Made by a program: the position numbers and the translations under genes. Of a stretch of DNA of 62,765 bases, positions 9,164 through 17,718 are shown one piece after another. The stretch's first letter is position 1; the number at the start of each line of letters is the position of its first letter. This DNA is from a virus (lineage: Duplodnaviria; Caudoviricetes): IMG/VR virus record IMGVR_UViG_3300030098_005334, positions 1-62,765 of that record; one strand, written 5' to 3'. The notes below the pieces were generated by a model. That model had not been told where the DNA came from. It made no database searches and saw nothing but the letters and a program-made list of their open reading frames with translations.

Positions 9164-9982
9164 TTGGATTATCGATCTCATGGTGATACAAGGCTAACTA
9201 TAAATGGATCTAGACATTACAAAACTCCATATGGTTCTTTACCTTCAGTAACGACTATCTTGTCGGCTACTTCAGGTAATAAAGCTGCACTTGAAAGATG
9301 GGCTAAAAAAAATCCAGGTGGTAGAGAAGCTGCTGCACGTCGAGGCACAAAAGTACATGCCTTGATGGAAGACTACTTATTAGGAGTAGAAAAAAACCCT
9401 GTCATCGATGATCCTGAGATTGCATCTTTCTGGGATGGGCTACCTTCTAATCTCGATAAGTTGGAAAATATCTTGTGGGCTGAGAATCCTGTAAGTCCAG
9501 GAGATTACGCATGGACTATTGGAGGGGATGGTGTTTCAAGAGTATGGCATCCGGGGCTCAATGAATCTGGTAATGGATGGGCTGGAACTCCAGACATTGT
9601 TGGTGAATATAAAGGGAAGGTAATACTGGGTGATTTAAAGACTAGTAATGGTCCCTATTATTCTCGTTGGCCTGATAAAAATACCCCTAAAAAATTTTAT
9701 GGGATGAAACGAGCAGGGTTTATGAAATATTCAAAATGTCAAATGCAAATGGCTGCTTACTCTTTAGCACTTGAGCATACGATTAATGTCAAACCAGAAA
9801 TGTGCATAACATTGGTCACAACAAAAGAAAAAGTACAGGTATTCGTCATACAAGAGCACACCTTAAATAAATATAAAGAAAAGTGGTTAGCTACAGTAGA
9901 TAAATACTATAAGGAAATCCTTCCTGCTCAACAAGAAGAGCTAGAAATGGAAGGATTAGATGCAGATAAAAAGGCAAGTTGA
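9164..9982 (+). CDS. PD-(D/E)xK exonuclease (RecB/Cas4-like phage exonuclease)
   Basis: PSVTTILS, RGTKVH, AGTPD...DLKTS and QMAAY motifs. Confidence 0.88.
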   Translation: MDYRSHGDTRLTINGSRHYKTPYGSLPSVTTILSATSGNKAALERWAKKNPGGREAAARRGTKVHALMEDYLLGVEKNPVIDDPEIASFWDGLPSNLDKLENILWAENPVSPGDYAWTIGGDGVSRVWHPGLNESGNGWAGTPDIVGEYKGKVILGDLKTSNGPYYSRWPDKNTPKKFYGMKRAGFMKYSKCQMQMAAYSLALEHTINVKPEMCITLVTTKEKVQVFVIQEHTLNKYKEKWLATVDKYYKEILPAQQEELEMEGLDADKKAS

Positions 9983-10113
9983 TGCCCTATAAATTAAAAG
10001 AACAATTTCAAGTACAAAAAACACACAAAATCTTTACAAATTTGACTGGCACTTAATTTAATAAGCAGTACTCTCAGATTGGTTTTGAATTTAAAAAATT
10101 ATACGAGGAATCC

Positions 10114-12684
10114 GTGTCCAAAGAGTCCAACGACAAAAAAAATAATCAGCTCAGGTTAGAACCTGGTGAGATAAATCTTGACTATATACCGTCAGACTGG
10201 CCTCTTACTCCATTAAAAGAAAAAAGAGCTTACGTTGTTAATTGGACAGATCAACCATACACAAAAGAAAGGATAAAATGCGAGCTTGATGAGGGAAGAG
10301 CAACAGGTGTAGGTCTTTTAACTGGACAATGGTCTAATTCTGGTGGATTAGTTTGGGTAGATATAGACGGTCCAGAGGGTCTAAAGGCTCTTGAAAATCT
10401 GGCAGGAAGTCCAATGCCAGAAAGTTTGCCACCTACCCTCACAATCTCATCTGGTAAGGCTGGAAGGCACAGATTGCTTTACTTTATACCTGCATCAAAA
10501 CTTCATACGATCCCTGATAAAGCGACAATAAAAATCGGGCTACCAAACTTTGAAATTCTTTTTAGAAGACGTCAAGGAGCAATCATGGGATTGCATCCAG
10601 AAACAGAGGGATACTTTACAACTACACATGGTGGATTTGAATTTGCTAAAAATCCTCCAGAATTACCTCAATTTTTATATGACGCAATAGCTAAAGCTTT
10701 TCCCACCACTCGTTTTAAAAAACAACCGAAAGCCGGAATTGTTACCCAACAAATAAATCTCTCATATGAAGAGGGCTCTGAGTTCGCAAAAACAGATGAA
10801 ATAAATCAAGCAAAAATTTACCTAGATCATCTCAATCTTGAGAGAGCCGTTGAATACGACGAGTGGCTTACCATAGGAATGGCTTTACATCAAGTAGATG
10901 ATTGTTTATTAAAAGAGTGGGTTGAATGGTCAGCACAAGCAGAGAATTTTCAAGAGGGAGTATGTGAACAAAAGTGGTCTACCTTTGAGAGAATTGATGG
11001 CACTTCTGCCCCTGAAGGATCTGCTGGACTCCACACCCTCAGAGCAAAAGCTAAAGAAGATGGATTTTTAGAGCTAGGTAGCTTTGTAGTTGATTCTCCC
11101 GAAGACTTAGCCGAAAAAGCCAAAAAATATTTGAAAGATAATGATACTGATCTTACTGGCAGCACTGTGAGAAATACCTTAGCAGCATTGATGGGTGAGC
11201 CTACACAAGCAGAATCACAAAATATTCGTGAGAGAGCCTCTGGTAGAGGACGTCCGAGAACCCCACCTGCTAATGAACTAGCAGAAATGGTCTTTCAATT
11301 AGTAGTGGAATGTGGATGGAGATATGATCCCAAATTTGACACCTTTATGTTCTATCAAAAAACCAAAGGTACTTGGCGTAGAGAGGAATATAAAGATGAG
11401 TATAGATATTTCGTTCAAGATCTATTTGTACGTGAAAATATTCCAACACCTGGCGGTTTTACTTCTCATCTAATTTCTGACGTAGTGAATCTAACTAAGG
11501 CATACATCACCCACACATATTGGGACGATGATCCTGACAGACTAGCCTTTAATAATGGTGTACTTGAAATGAGCACTGGGGAGTTTCATGAACATAATCT
11601 AGAGCATTACTTGACATGGGGTCTTGATTTTGATTACACCCCAGATGCAAATCCAGGGCCAATTATTGATTGGATTAAACGTACTCAATACGGAGATGAG
11701 GATCGGGTACAAGTTTTAAGAGCTTGGTTGAAAGCTTGTTTAGTAGGTCAAGGTCATGAATTACAGCGATTCTTGGAAGTCATAGGACCTGGTGGTAGAG
11801 GTAAATCAACTTTTGCAAATCTCTGCTGTGCGTTGGTAGGTCATGGTAATTATGCTAGCTCCACATTAAACCAACTTGAACAAAGTAGATTTGAAATTGC
11901 TTCCATTAAAGGTAAAAGACTTACTCTTATAAATGATTCTGAAAGATATGGTGGCTCAGCTCAGATTTTTAAAGCTCTTACTGGAGGCGACAATCTCAGA
12001 TACGAGGAAAAAAATAAAAACGTAGGAGAACCTTTTGTTTACACAGGAATGGTTATGGTCTGTGCAAATGAACCAATTCAAACCACTGACAACACATCTG
12101 GTCTTACACGTAGAAGATTGACCATTGAATTTAATAGACCTCTTTATGACAAGAGTTCAGAAGCAAAAGAGATGATAAAACTTGATAATGGCATTGTAAG
12201 AGGGTTATGGAAGTATTATTTACCAGGCTTAGTTAACTGGGTACTAGAGATGAGCACTGAGGAAATGAGACAATATCTTCTTGATACTTATGAAAAAGTT
12301 CCGTCACTAAAAAAAGTAAGGAATGAAATCTTACTAAATAGTAATAATTTAGTTGAGTGGTTACAGTCTGAAATTATTCAAGAAGATGAAGCTGTTTCTT
12401 CCGTAGGAAAAAAGATACCCGCACCAAAAGATGCAAAAGAAAGATACTGTAATAGCAATTACCATTTATACCCTAGTTATTGTTCCTACTGTGAAGATAC
12501 TGGTTCCAAGCCAGTTGGTCAAAAAAGATTTATATCTTTACTTTTAGATTGCTGTAAAAACCAACTAGAGATGAAACAGATAAAAACATTCTCTAAAAAT
12601 GGAAGACCCTTTATCAAAGGACTAGCAGTACGTGCATCAGATCAAAAGTACATGAAAATAGCTACAATTCTGCCTGAAAGATAA
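10114..12684 (+). CDS. Primase-helicase: Prim-Pol + PriCT-2 + D5/SF3 helicase
   Basis: VWVDIDG AEP motif; YDEWLTIGMALH...WVEWS (PriCT-2); LAFNNGVL (D5_N); Walker A GPGGRGKST; FKALTGGD. Confidence 0.92.
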   Translation: MSKESNDKKNNQLRLEPGEINLDYIPSDWPLTPLKEKRAYVVNWTDQPYTKERIKCELDEGRATGVGLLTGQWSNSGGLVWVDIDGPEGLKALENLAGSPMPESLPPTLTISSGKAGRHRLLYFIPASKLHTIPDKATIKIGLPNFEILFRRRQGAIMGLHPETEGYFTTTHGGFEFAKNPPELPQFLYDAIAKAFPTTRFKKQPKAGIVTQQINLSYEEGSEFAKTDEINQAKIYLDHLNLERAVEYDEWLTIGMALHQVDDCLLKEWVEWSAQAENFQEGVCEQKWSTFERIDGTSAPEGSAGLHTLRAKAKEDGFLELGSFVVDSPEDLAEKAKKYLKDNDTDLTGSTVRNTLAALMGEPTQAESQNIRERASGRGRPRTPPANELAEMVFQLVVECGWRYDPKFDTFMFYQKTKGTWRREEYKDEYRYFVQDLFVRENIPTPGGFTSHLISDVVNLTKAYITHTYWDDDPDRLAFNNGVLEMSTGEFHEHNLEHYLTWGLDFDYTPDANPGPIIDWIKRTQYGDEDRVQVLRAWLKACLVGQGHELQRFLEVIGPGGRGKSTFANLCCALVGHGNYASSTLNQLEQSRFEIASIKGKRLTLINDSERYGGSAQIFKALTGGDNLRYEEKNKNVGEPFVYTGMVMVCANEPIQTTDNTSGLTRRRLTIEFNRPLYDKSSEAKEMIKLDNGIVRGLWKYYLPGLVNWVLEMSTEEMRQYLLDTYEKVPSLKKVRNEILLNSNNLVEWLQSEIIQEDEAVSSVGKKIPAPKDAKERYCNSNYHLYPSYCSYCEDTGSKPVGQKRFISLLLDCCKNQLEMKQIKTFSKNGRPFIKGLAVRASDQKYMKIATILPER

Positions 12685-12727
12685 AAAATACTGATATCAA
12701 ATATAAAGAATTTATTACAGTTTACCG

Positions 12728-12745
12728 AATGTAACGAAGTGTAAC
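12728..12745 (-). promoter_or_regulatory. HLR1 (RpaB) element upstream of the hli cluster
   Basis: Minus strand GTTACACT-tc-GTTACATT matches the (G/T)TTACA(T/A)(T/A) direct repeat with a 2-nt spacer (one mismatch). Confidence 0.7.
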
Positions 12746-12784
12746 AAACGTAAAATAGGTTATAACAAAAAAATTTAGGTAATT

Positions 12785-12937
12785 ATGACTAACAAGTCAC
12801 AAGCCAAAGCAATTGCACAAGAGCAAAACTTAACTGAAGAAGCTGAGTTAGCTAATGGTCGTTTTGCAATGATCGGAATTATTGCTGCTTTAGGTGCATA
12901 TGTAACAACAGGCAACATAATCCCCGGTATTTTTTAA
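12785..12937 (+). CDS. hli: High-light inducible protein 1, 50 aa
   Basis: AELANGRFAMIG...TTGNIIPGIF. Confidence 0.92.
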   Translation: MTNKSQAKAIAQEQNLTEEAELANGRFAMIGIIAALGAYVTTGNIIPGIF

Positions 12938-13137
12938 TGACAAGCTCAAGCCACGTCATTACTGAATACGGTAAGCAAAACATCTTTGGAAAAGAAACAA
13001 AACCTGTATTAGTTGAAAACTATACTAATTATCCAGAAGAAGCTGAAAAAGCTAACGGACGCTGGGCAATGATCGGTTTTGTTGCTTTATTAGGTGCGTA
13101 TCTAACTACAGGTCAAGTTATCCCTGGTATCTTCTAA
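12937..13137 (+). CDS. hli: High-light inducible protein 2
   Basis: AEKANGRWAMIG...TTGQVIPGIF; TAATG coupling to hli 1. Confidence 0.95.
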   Translation: MTSSSHVITEYGKQNIFGKETKPVLVENYTNYPEEAEKANGRWAMIGFVALLGAYLTTGQVIPGIF

Positions 13138-13222
13138 TGTTTTTAAAAACATTGATATCCCTTTATTTAACAAACCTCAAGAGAAACGGTCTCTTACATC
13201 TTCTACTCCACAATCTAAGAAA

Positions 13223-13330
13223 ATGACTCCTGAAGCAGAAAAATTTAATGGCTGGATGGCAATGCTTGGCTTTGTCGCAGCTCTTGGTGCATACGCCACA
13301 ACTGGTCAAATTATCCCTGGTATTTTCTAA
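13223..13330 (+). CDS. hli: High-light inducible protein 3, 35 aa
   Basis: MTPEAEKFNGWMAMLGFVAALGAYATTGQIIPGIF. Confidence 0.92.
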   Translation: MTPEAEKFNGWMAMLGFVAALGAYATTGQIIPGIF

Positions 13331-13434
13331 TGTCTAAAAACTTCTTAATCTGGCAAAAAGCCAACGGACGTTTTGCAATGGTAGCTTTCTGGGCTATCAT
13401 GGGAGCATATACATACTCTAAATACGTCGTTTAG
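13330..13434 (+). CDS. hli: Divergent high-light inducible protein 4, 34 aa
   Basis: MSKNFLIWQKANGRFAMVAFWAIMGAY...; TAATG coupling. Confidence 0.75.
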   Translation: MSKNFLIWQKANGRFAMVAFWAIMGAYTYSKYVV

Positions 13435-13628
13435 TGATTCTCGGAATTATTAATTTTGTTGAGGCATGGAATGCTATTAGCTGGGCTGATGCCATTCCAT
13501 TTTGCCTCTTTCTTTATGGAGCTTATTGGTTAAAAGTTAGGATCGATACTAACGCTGGTCTAGGTAAAAAAAAGAAAAATGAATTAAAAAGAATTATTGT
13601 TGAAGCAATAAAAGAAGCTAATAACTAA
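13434..13628 (+). CDS. Small membrane protein
   Basis: Hydrophobic N-terminal half, coupled to the hli cluster. Confidence 0.6.
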   Translation: MILGIINFVEAWNAISWADAIPFCLFLYGAYWLKVRIDTNAGLGKKKKNELKRIIVEAIKEANN

Positions 13629-13807
13629 TCTTCTAAAATTTTTTCAAAAATATCAGATACTTCTATTAATGAATCTATGCGTAATAACATCTCGGCAATA
13701 TGCTTACTGACGTAAGGTTTTTCTGCTCTAGCTGAGAAAGCTAAGGCACTTCTTAAATCTGCTTGAGAATCACGTAAAGCTTCCTCTACTTGTTTACTTA
13801 ATGTCAT
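13625..13807 (-). CDS. Hypothetical cyanophage protein
   Basis: LRSALAFSARAEKPYVSKHIAEML. Confidence 0.65.
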   Translation of the reverse strand: MTLSKQVEEALRDSQADLRSALAFSARAEKPYVSKHIAEMLLRIDSLIEVSDIFEKILED

Positions 13808-14025
13808 TTCACATACTTCTTGATGACTTCAATTCTATGATCCCAACCAGCAATTTTATCTATTTCAGATTGAATAGCCTCAGTAACATTTGAATGATCT
13901 CCTATCCCCACTGGGTTATTTAAAAATACGTCTACATTTGCTAGATGTACTTCTATTTCACCCTTTGCATGGGCGATAATTGCATTCTTCAATTTATCTC
14001 GTAGATTAATCATCCTTAAAGACAA
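13804..14025 (-). CDS. Hypothetical phage protein
   Basis: HLANVDVFLNNPVGIGDHS motif common in marine phages. Confidence 0.7.
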   Translation of the reverse strand: MSLRMINLRDKLKNAIIAHAKGEIEVHLANVDVFLNNPVGIGDHSNVTEAIQSEIDKIAGWDHRIEVIKKYVK

Positions 14026-14045
14026 TCTTTATCTACAGGATAGGC

Positions 14046-14315
14046 TTATTTTAATTTTTTACCATTATGTCCATGAGCTATGCCTAATTCATGCATTTTT
14101 GCATGTTCATCTATTGCATCTTTTAAATCTTCTTTACCAGCACCAAATGTTAAGTAGATTCCATAACCTACTAAAAACAATAATAAACCTAATATGATGG
14201 CTATTAACTGTCCTTGAGGTGGGAGTCCTTCATAAGTACCATGAGGTATTAAAGGTTTTTCCCAAGTCTCAGGATGAAAATATAAAGAAGGAAAAGAAAT
14301 AAATAAATCCATCAT
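14046..14315 (-). CDS. psbN: PsbN-like protein
   Basis: TM helix followed by GYGIYLTFG...LKDAIDEH, matching the PsbN GYxxYxxFG...LxDPFxEH pattern. Confidence 0.6.
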   Translation of the reverse strand: MMDLFISFPSLYFHPETWEKPLIPHGTYEGLPPQGQLIAIILGLLLFLVGYGIYLTFGAGKEDLKDAIDEHAKMHELGIAHGHNGKKLK

Positions 14316-17143
14316 GCAGGTGTTATCAATAAGGAAGTACTTGTAAGTGCTTTCCCTGCTATAACGTCAAATGTATCCTTAGAAGTACCTAATGTTGCAT
14401 TATCTTGAACAAAGTATTTTTCACCTGGAGTAAGACCTGACTGTGTTGTTGTATTTCCTACTACATTTATAGTAGCTGTTTGACCATTAGTATATCCTGC
14501 TGAACTAAACCCAATAAAATTATCTTGATTTAAATCAGTAGATGCCATTTGCCTTATTCTTGTTTGGGCTTTCTGAGAAGCACTTCCATTTTGATACATT
14601 ATTGCAACTTTTCCACTTTCCATTCGAGAAAAGTGTACTAAGTTAGTGATTCCAGTACTGAAGTAAGCTTCACTATCAAAAGTAAAGTCTGTTTTTGCAG
14701 CATTATACGTGGCAGTTCTATACTTACCAGCATTTGCAGCATCTTTATAACCTATAAGCAATTGTCCAGAATCTGAGAACTCTGCAGCGTGATACAGTGT
14801 ATTATTACTTGAGAATTGAATTGCACTTCCCCAACTAATAGTTGTACCAGAAATTGTACCTATTTTTAAATAGTTGCGGTAAACAGCTACAAGCTGATCA
14901 TTAAGTGAATCATAAGCAATAGTGGGTTGTTCTCCGTGGGTACCACTTACAACTGTAGATCTTGTACCAAACGATACAGAGGTTCCGCTTCTTGTCCCAA
15001 TTTTGGCGTAAACAGCGTTATTAGTACCTGAAGACCAAAGAATTACAAATTTAGTACCACTTATCTTTGCCAAGGCGAAGTTGTAAGGGTCATCAGCTTC
15101 ACCTCCTCCTGAAAAGGCAGTCACTGATCCCATTGTGAAAGAAGTCGAAGTACCACTACCTCGTTGACAAATTCTACATCTTCCTTCATCGGGACTAGGG
15201 TTCTCGTCATTGTAAACAGCTGCAAAATATGCACCCTCAAGATGAAGAACAGCAGGAACTTCACACTGAGAACTATTATCTTGAATTTGTGTTTCAGAAC
15301 CCATTGTTTGAGAGGTTCCTTGAAATCTAATAATTCTTCCATGACATTGACTATTTTTATATACCAACAACGCATAGCCGTTTCCATCAGAAGCTATAAC
15401 TGGATAATATCGATTACTACCAGTACTTGATGCGCCAGAAGTTTGCCAAGAAGTATCTGTACCTGAAACAGTTCCACCATAAATATATATTGTTGTGCTA
15501 TATCTTACGCCTGCAATTAAGAGATCTTGTGAAGCATCATAACTAATAGGACTAGTACCACCATAAAAATATGCATTACTACTAGTATCAATGTCATCAA
15601 CACTTCCTAAAGAAGCAGAAGTTTGAGTAATCGCTTTTACTTGACCACTGCTGTTTATTATGACAGGTGCATTTGCTGATATTGAACCTGATGCAGTAGC
15701 CGTTATGGTTGGAGCAGTAGATAAAGCTGCACCGTTAACATTAATTGCACCCGTTACGTTTATTCCACCAGACTGTATTTCTAATTTAGTTGAACCACCT
15801 GTCTGTAGCTGAAGAGTACCAGTTCCTGAATCATTAAGAATACTATTTGAACCATCATGTACAATTTCAAGTCCATCAGTTGTTCCTGATGCACCACCAA
15901 CAAATAACTTCTTACTGTCGATTAGATGTAAATGTTCAGAAGAAGTCCATGCATCTGTAGCATTAACCCAGTTAAATGTGTGGTCGGAGCTGCCTTTTAA
16001 AGTTATACCTCCTCCATCGGCAGTCGTATCACTAGGGGATGAAACCTTACCTATAACTATATTTTTGTCTTCTACGTCAAGTGTTTGAGTGTTAATCGTA
16101 GTTGTAGTGCCATTAACAGTAAGATCACCAGTAATAACTGCATTACTAGAAACCGTTAAATTAGTTACAGCCCCAGAAGAAACATTACTGTTTGTTTGTA
16201 CTGCGTTACCCATATAGCCGTGGGCACTACATTGATAGTGCAGCACCTGTGGAGTTGTGTCTGAAACGACTATCTGTGTATATGCTCCAGAAGATCCTGG
16301 TGTTCCATTAGTGGTAACACCTGTTGTATAAGCAGTAGTTTTATCAGCTTCTAAATAAAAACGAAATGGATGTCCTGAGTTTGAGCCATCTGATTGATCA
16401 AATTTATATGTCCTACCTGGAGTCAAGGTTAAAAAAGGTGCTTCCTTGCCGTTTATTTTGTAACCAAGTCCACTACCCTGACCGTTATACCTATGTGCAG
16501 CAGTTTTACTTGCAACTATAACCGTGTATGTTTTTACACTTCCTGTATAAGTTCCATGTAAACTTGAAAATCCTACAATCGAACCGTCATTAGTTAATGT
16601 TACGTCTCCAGTAAATGATGGACTTGAATTATTACCTGCTTGTACCCAAGATAAATTTCCCGATCCGTCACTAGCAAGAACATATCCACTAACTGAAGTA
16701 TCTGTTGCTGGCAAAGTCCATACGACGTTATTACTTACTGTAGAAGGAGCTTGAAAACCTAAATAATGTGAACCATCTGCATCTTTTAAACGAATGTCAG
16801 CGGGGAATGCAAAGTCACCACTGCCTGAAATTTTACTTGGAGTTACTGACGCATCTGATATAGCAGCCGAATCAATCGTGTCTCCCTGCATCATGATCCA
16901 GCAAGAAAGACCAGCAGCTGGTGCAGTAGTAAATGTTATCTGATTACCTGCAGTCGTAAAGTCTGTATTCGGCTTCTGCATTACACCACCAAGACTCACA
17001 AAGAGTTGGAATGGCGTAGCAGTTGAAGTGGCGACTGACGAGATTGTTAAGTTGAAAGTTGTTGTACTTCCGTTAAAGCTACCTGATATATCATCGAAGA
17101 GTCTGTTCTCTCCTCGTGCCAGCTGTCTTCCAATGTAAGCCAT
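14312..17143 (-). CDS. Tail fibre / receptor-binding protein
   Basis: N-terminal DDISGSFNG...VSLGGVMQKP; DLTVNGTTTTINT...VEDKNI shaft motifs; propeller-like C-terminal region. Confidence 0.85.
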   Translation of the reverse strand: MAYIGRQLARGENRLFDDISGSFNGSTTTFNLTISSVATSTATPFQLFVSLGGVMQKPNTDFTTAGNQITFTTAPAAGLSCWIMMQGDTIDSAAISDASVTPSKISGSGDFAFPADIRLKDADGSHYLGFQAPSTVSNNVVWTLPATDTSVSGYVLASDGSGNLSWVQAGNNSSPSFTGDVTLTNDGSIVGFSSLHGTYTGSVKTYTVIVASKTAAHRYNGQGSGLGYKINGKEAPFLTLTPGRTYKFDQSDGSNSGHPFRFYLEADKTTAYTTGVTTNGTPGSSGAYTQIVVSDTTPQVLHYQCSAHGYMGNAVQTNSNVSSGAVTNLTVSSNAVITGDLTVNGTTTTINTQTLDVEDKNIVIGKVSSPSDTTADGGGITLKGSSDHTFNWVNATDAWTSSEHLHLIDSKKLFVGGASGTTDGLEIVHDGSNSILNDSGTGTLQLQTGGSTKLEIQSGGINVTGAINVNGAALSTAPTITATASGSISANAPVIINSSGQVKAITQTSASLGSVDDIDTSSNAYFYGGTSPISYDASQDLLIAGVRYSTTIYIYGGTVSGTDTSWQTSGASSTGSNRYYPVIASDGNGYALLVYKNSQCHGRIIRFQGTSQTMGSETQIQDNSSQCEVPAVLHLEGAYFAAVYNDENPSPDEGRCRICQRGSGTSTSFTMGSVTAFSGGGEADDPYNFALAKISGTKFVILWSSGTNNAVYAKIGTRSGTSVSFGTRSTVVSGTHGEQPTIAYDSLNDQLVAVYRNYLKIGTISGTTISWGSAIQFSSNNTLYHAAEFSDSGQLLIGYKDAANAGKYRTATYNAAKTDFTFDSEAYFSTGITNLVHFSRMESGKVAIMYQNGSASQKAQTRIRQMASTDLNQDNFIGFSSAGYTNGQTATINVVGNTTTQSGLTPGEKYFVQDNATLGTSKDTFDVIAGKALTSTSLLITPA

Positions 17144-17200
17144 TTAGGTATAAGACTACTAATTATTTTTTCTATTCTAAAGTGGCTAATCTATAGAGCC

Positions 17201-17665
17201 TTAACTAGGTTTTGTTGGAAGGGTATGTGTATGAGGCCAGCCACTTGCAGTAGGTAAATCACGAAGGCTTTGACGATAAGTTGCCCACTCTGTAACTTTG
17301 GAATCAGATAATCCACCTTTATCAGCTAATTGTGTCCAATCACTATCTTTTAATAGTTGATTACGTTCATTTCTTTTTCCTACAGCAGCATTATTGTCTA
17401 TTGCAGTTTTTCCATCAGCGTCAGCGGTTACTACTTTAAATTTTGTTTGCCATCTACCAGAAACTTGTTCTACTCCATCACGAGCAACACTTTCGTAAGG
17501 AGGTGTTACAGATGGTTGAGCACCATCATAAACCCAATCGTAACCAAGACTATTAACTAAAGTTTCATCAAGTACTCTTGGAAAACTTGTATTAGGAAAT
17601 AAATTTTTAAAAGCAGAAGGACCAACTACTATTGTTCCGTCTGATTGTTTACGATATTCAGTCAT
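17201..17665 (-). CDS. Tail fibre assembly chaperone
   Basis: RNERNQLLKDSDWTQLAD...WATYRQSLRDLP...P motif. Confidence 0.85.
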   Translation of the reverse strand: MTEYRKQSDGTIVVGPSAFKNLFPNTSFPRVLDETLVNSLGYDWVYDGAQPSVTPPYESVARDGVEQVSGRWQTKFKVVTADADGKTAIDNNAAVGKRNERNQLLKDSDWTQLADKGGLSDSKVTEWATYRQSLRDLPTASGWPHTHTLPTKPS

Positions 17666-17718
17666 GTTTTCAAATTAGATACATTGATTCTAAACGGTGT
17701 TTATTATTCAACAGTAAA

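Noticed and set aside
9164-9982. Cas4 as part of a CRISPR system
   Set aside because: No Fe-S Cys cluster pattern, cas neighbours or array; ordinary phage exonuclease context
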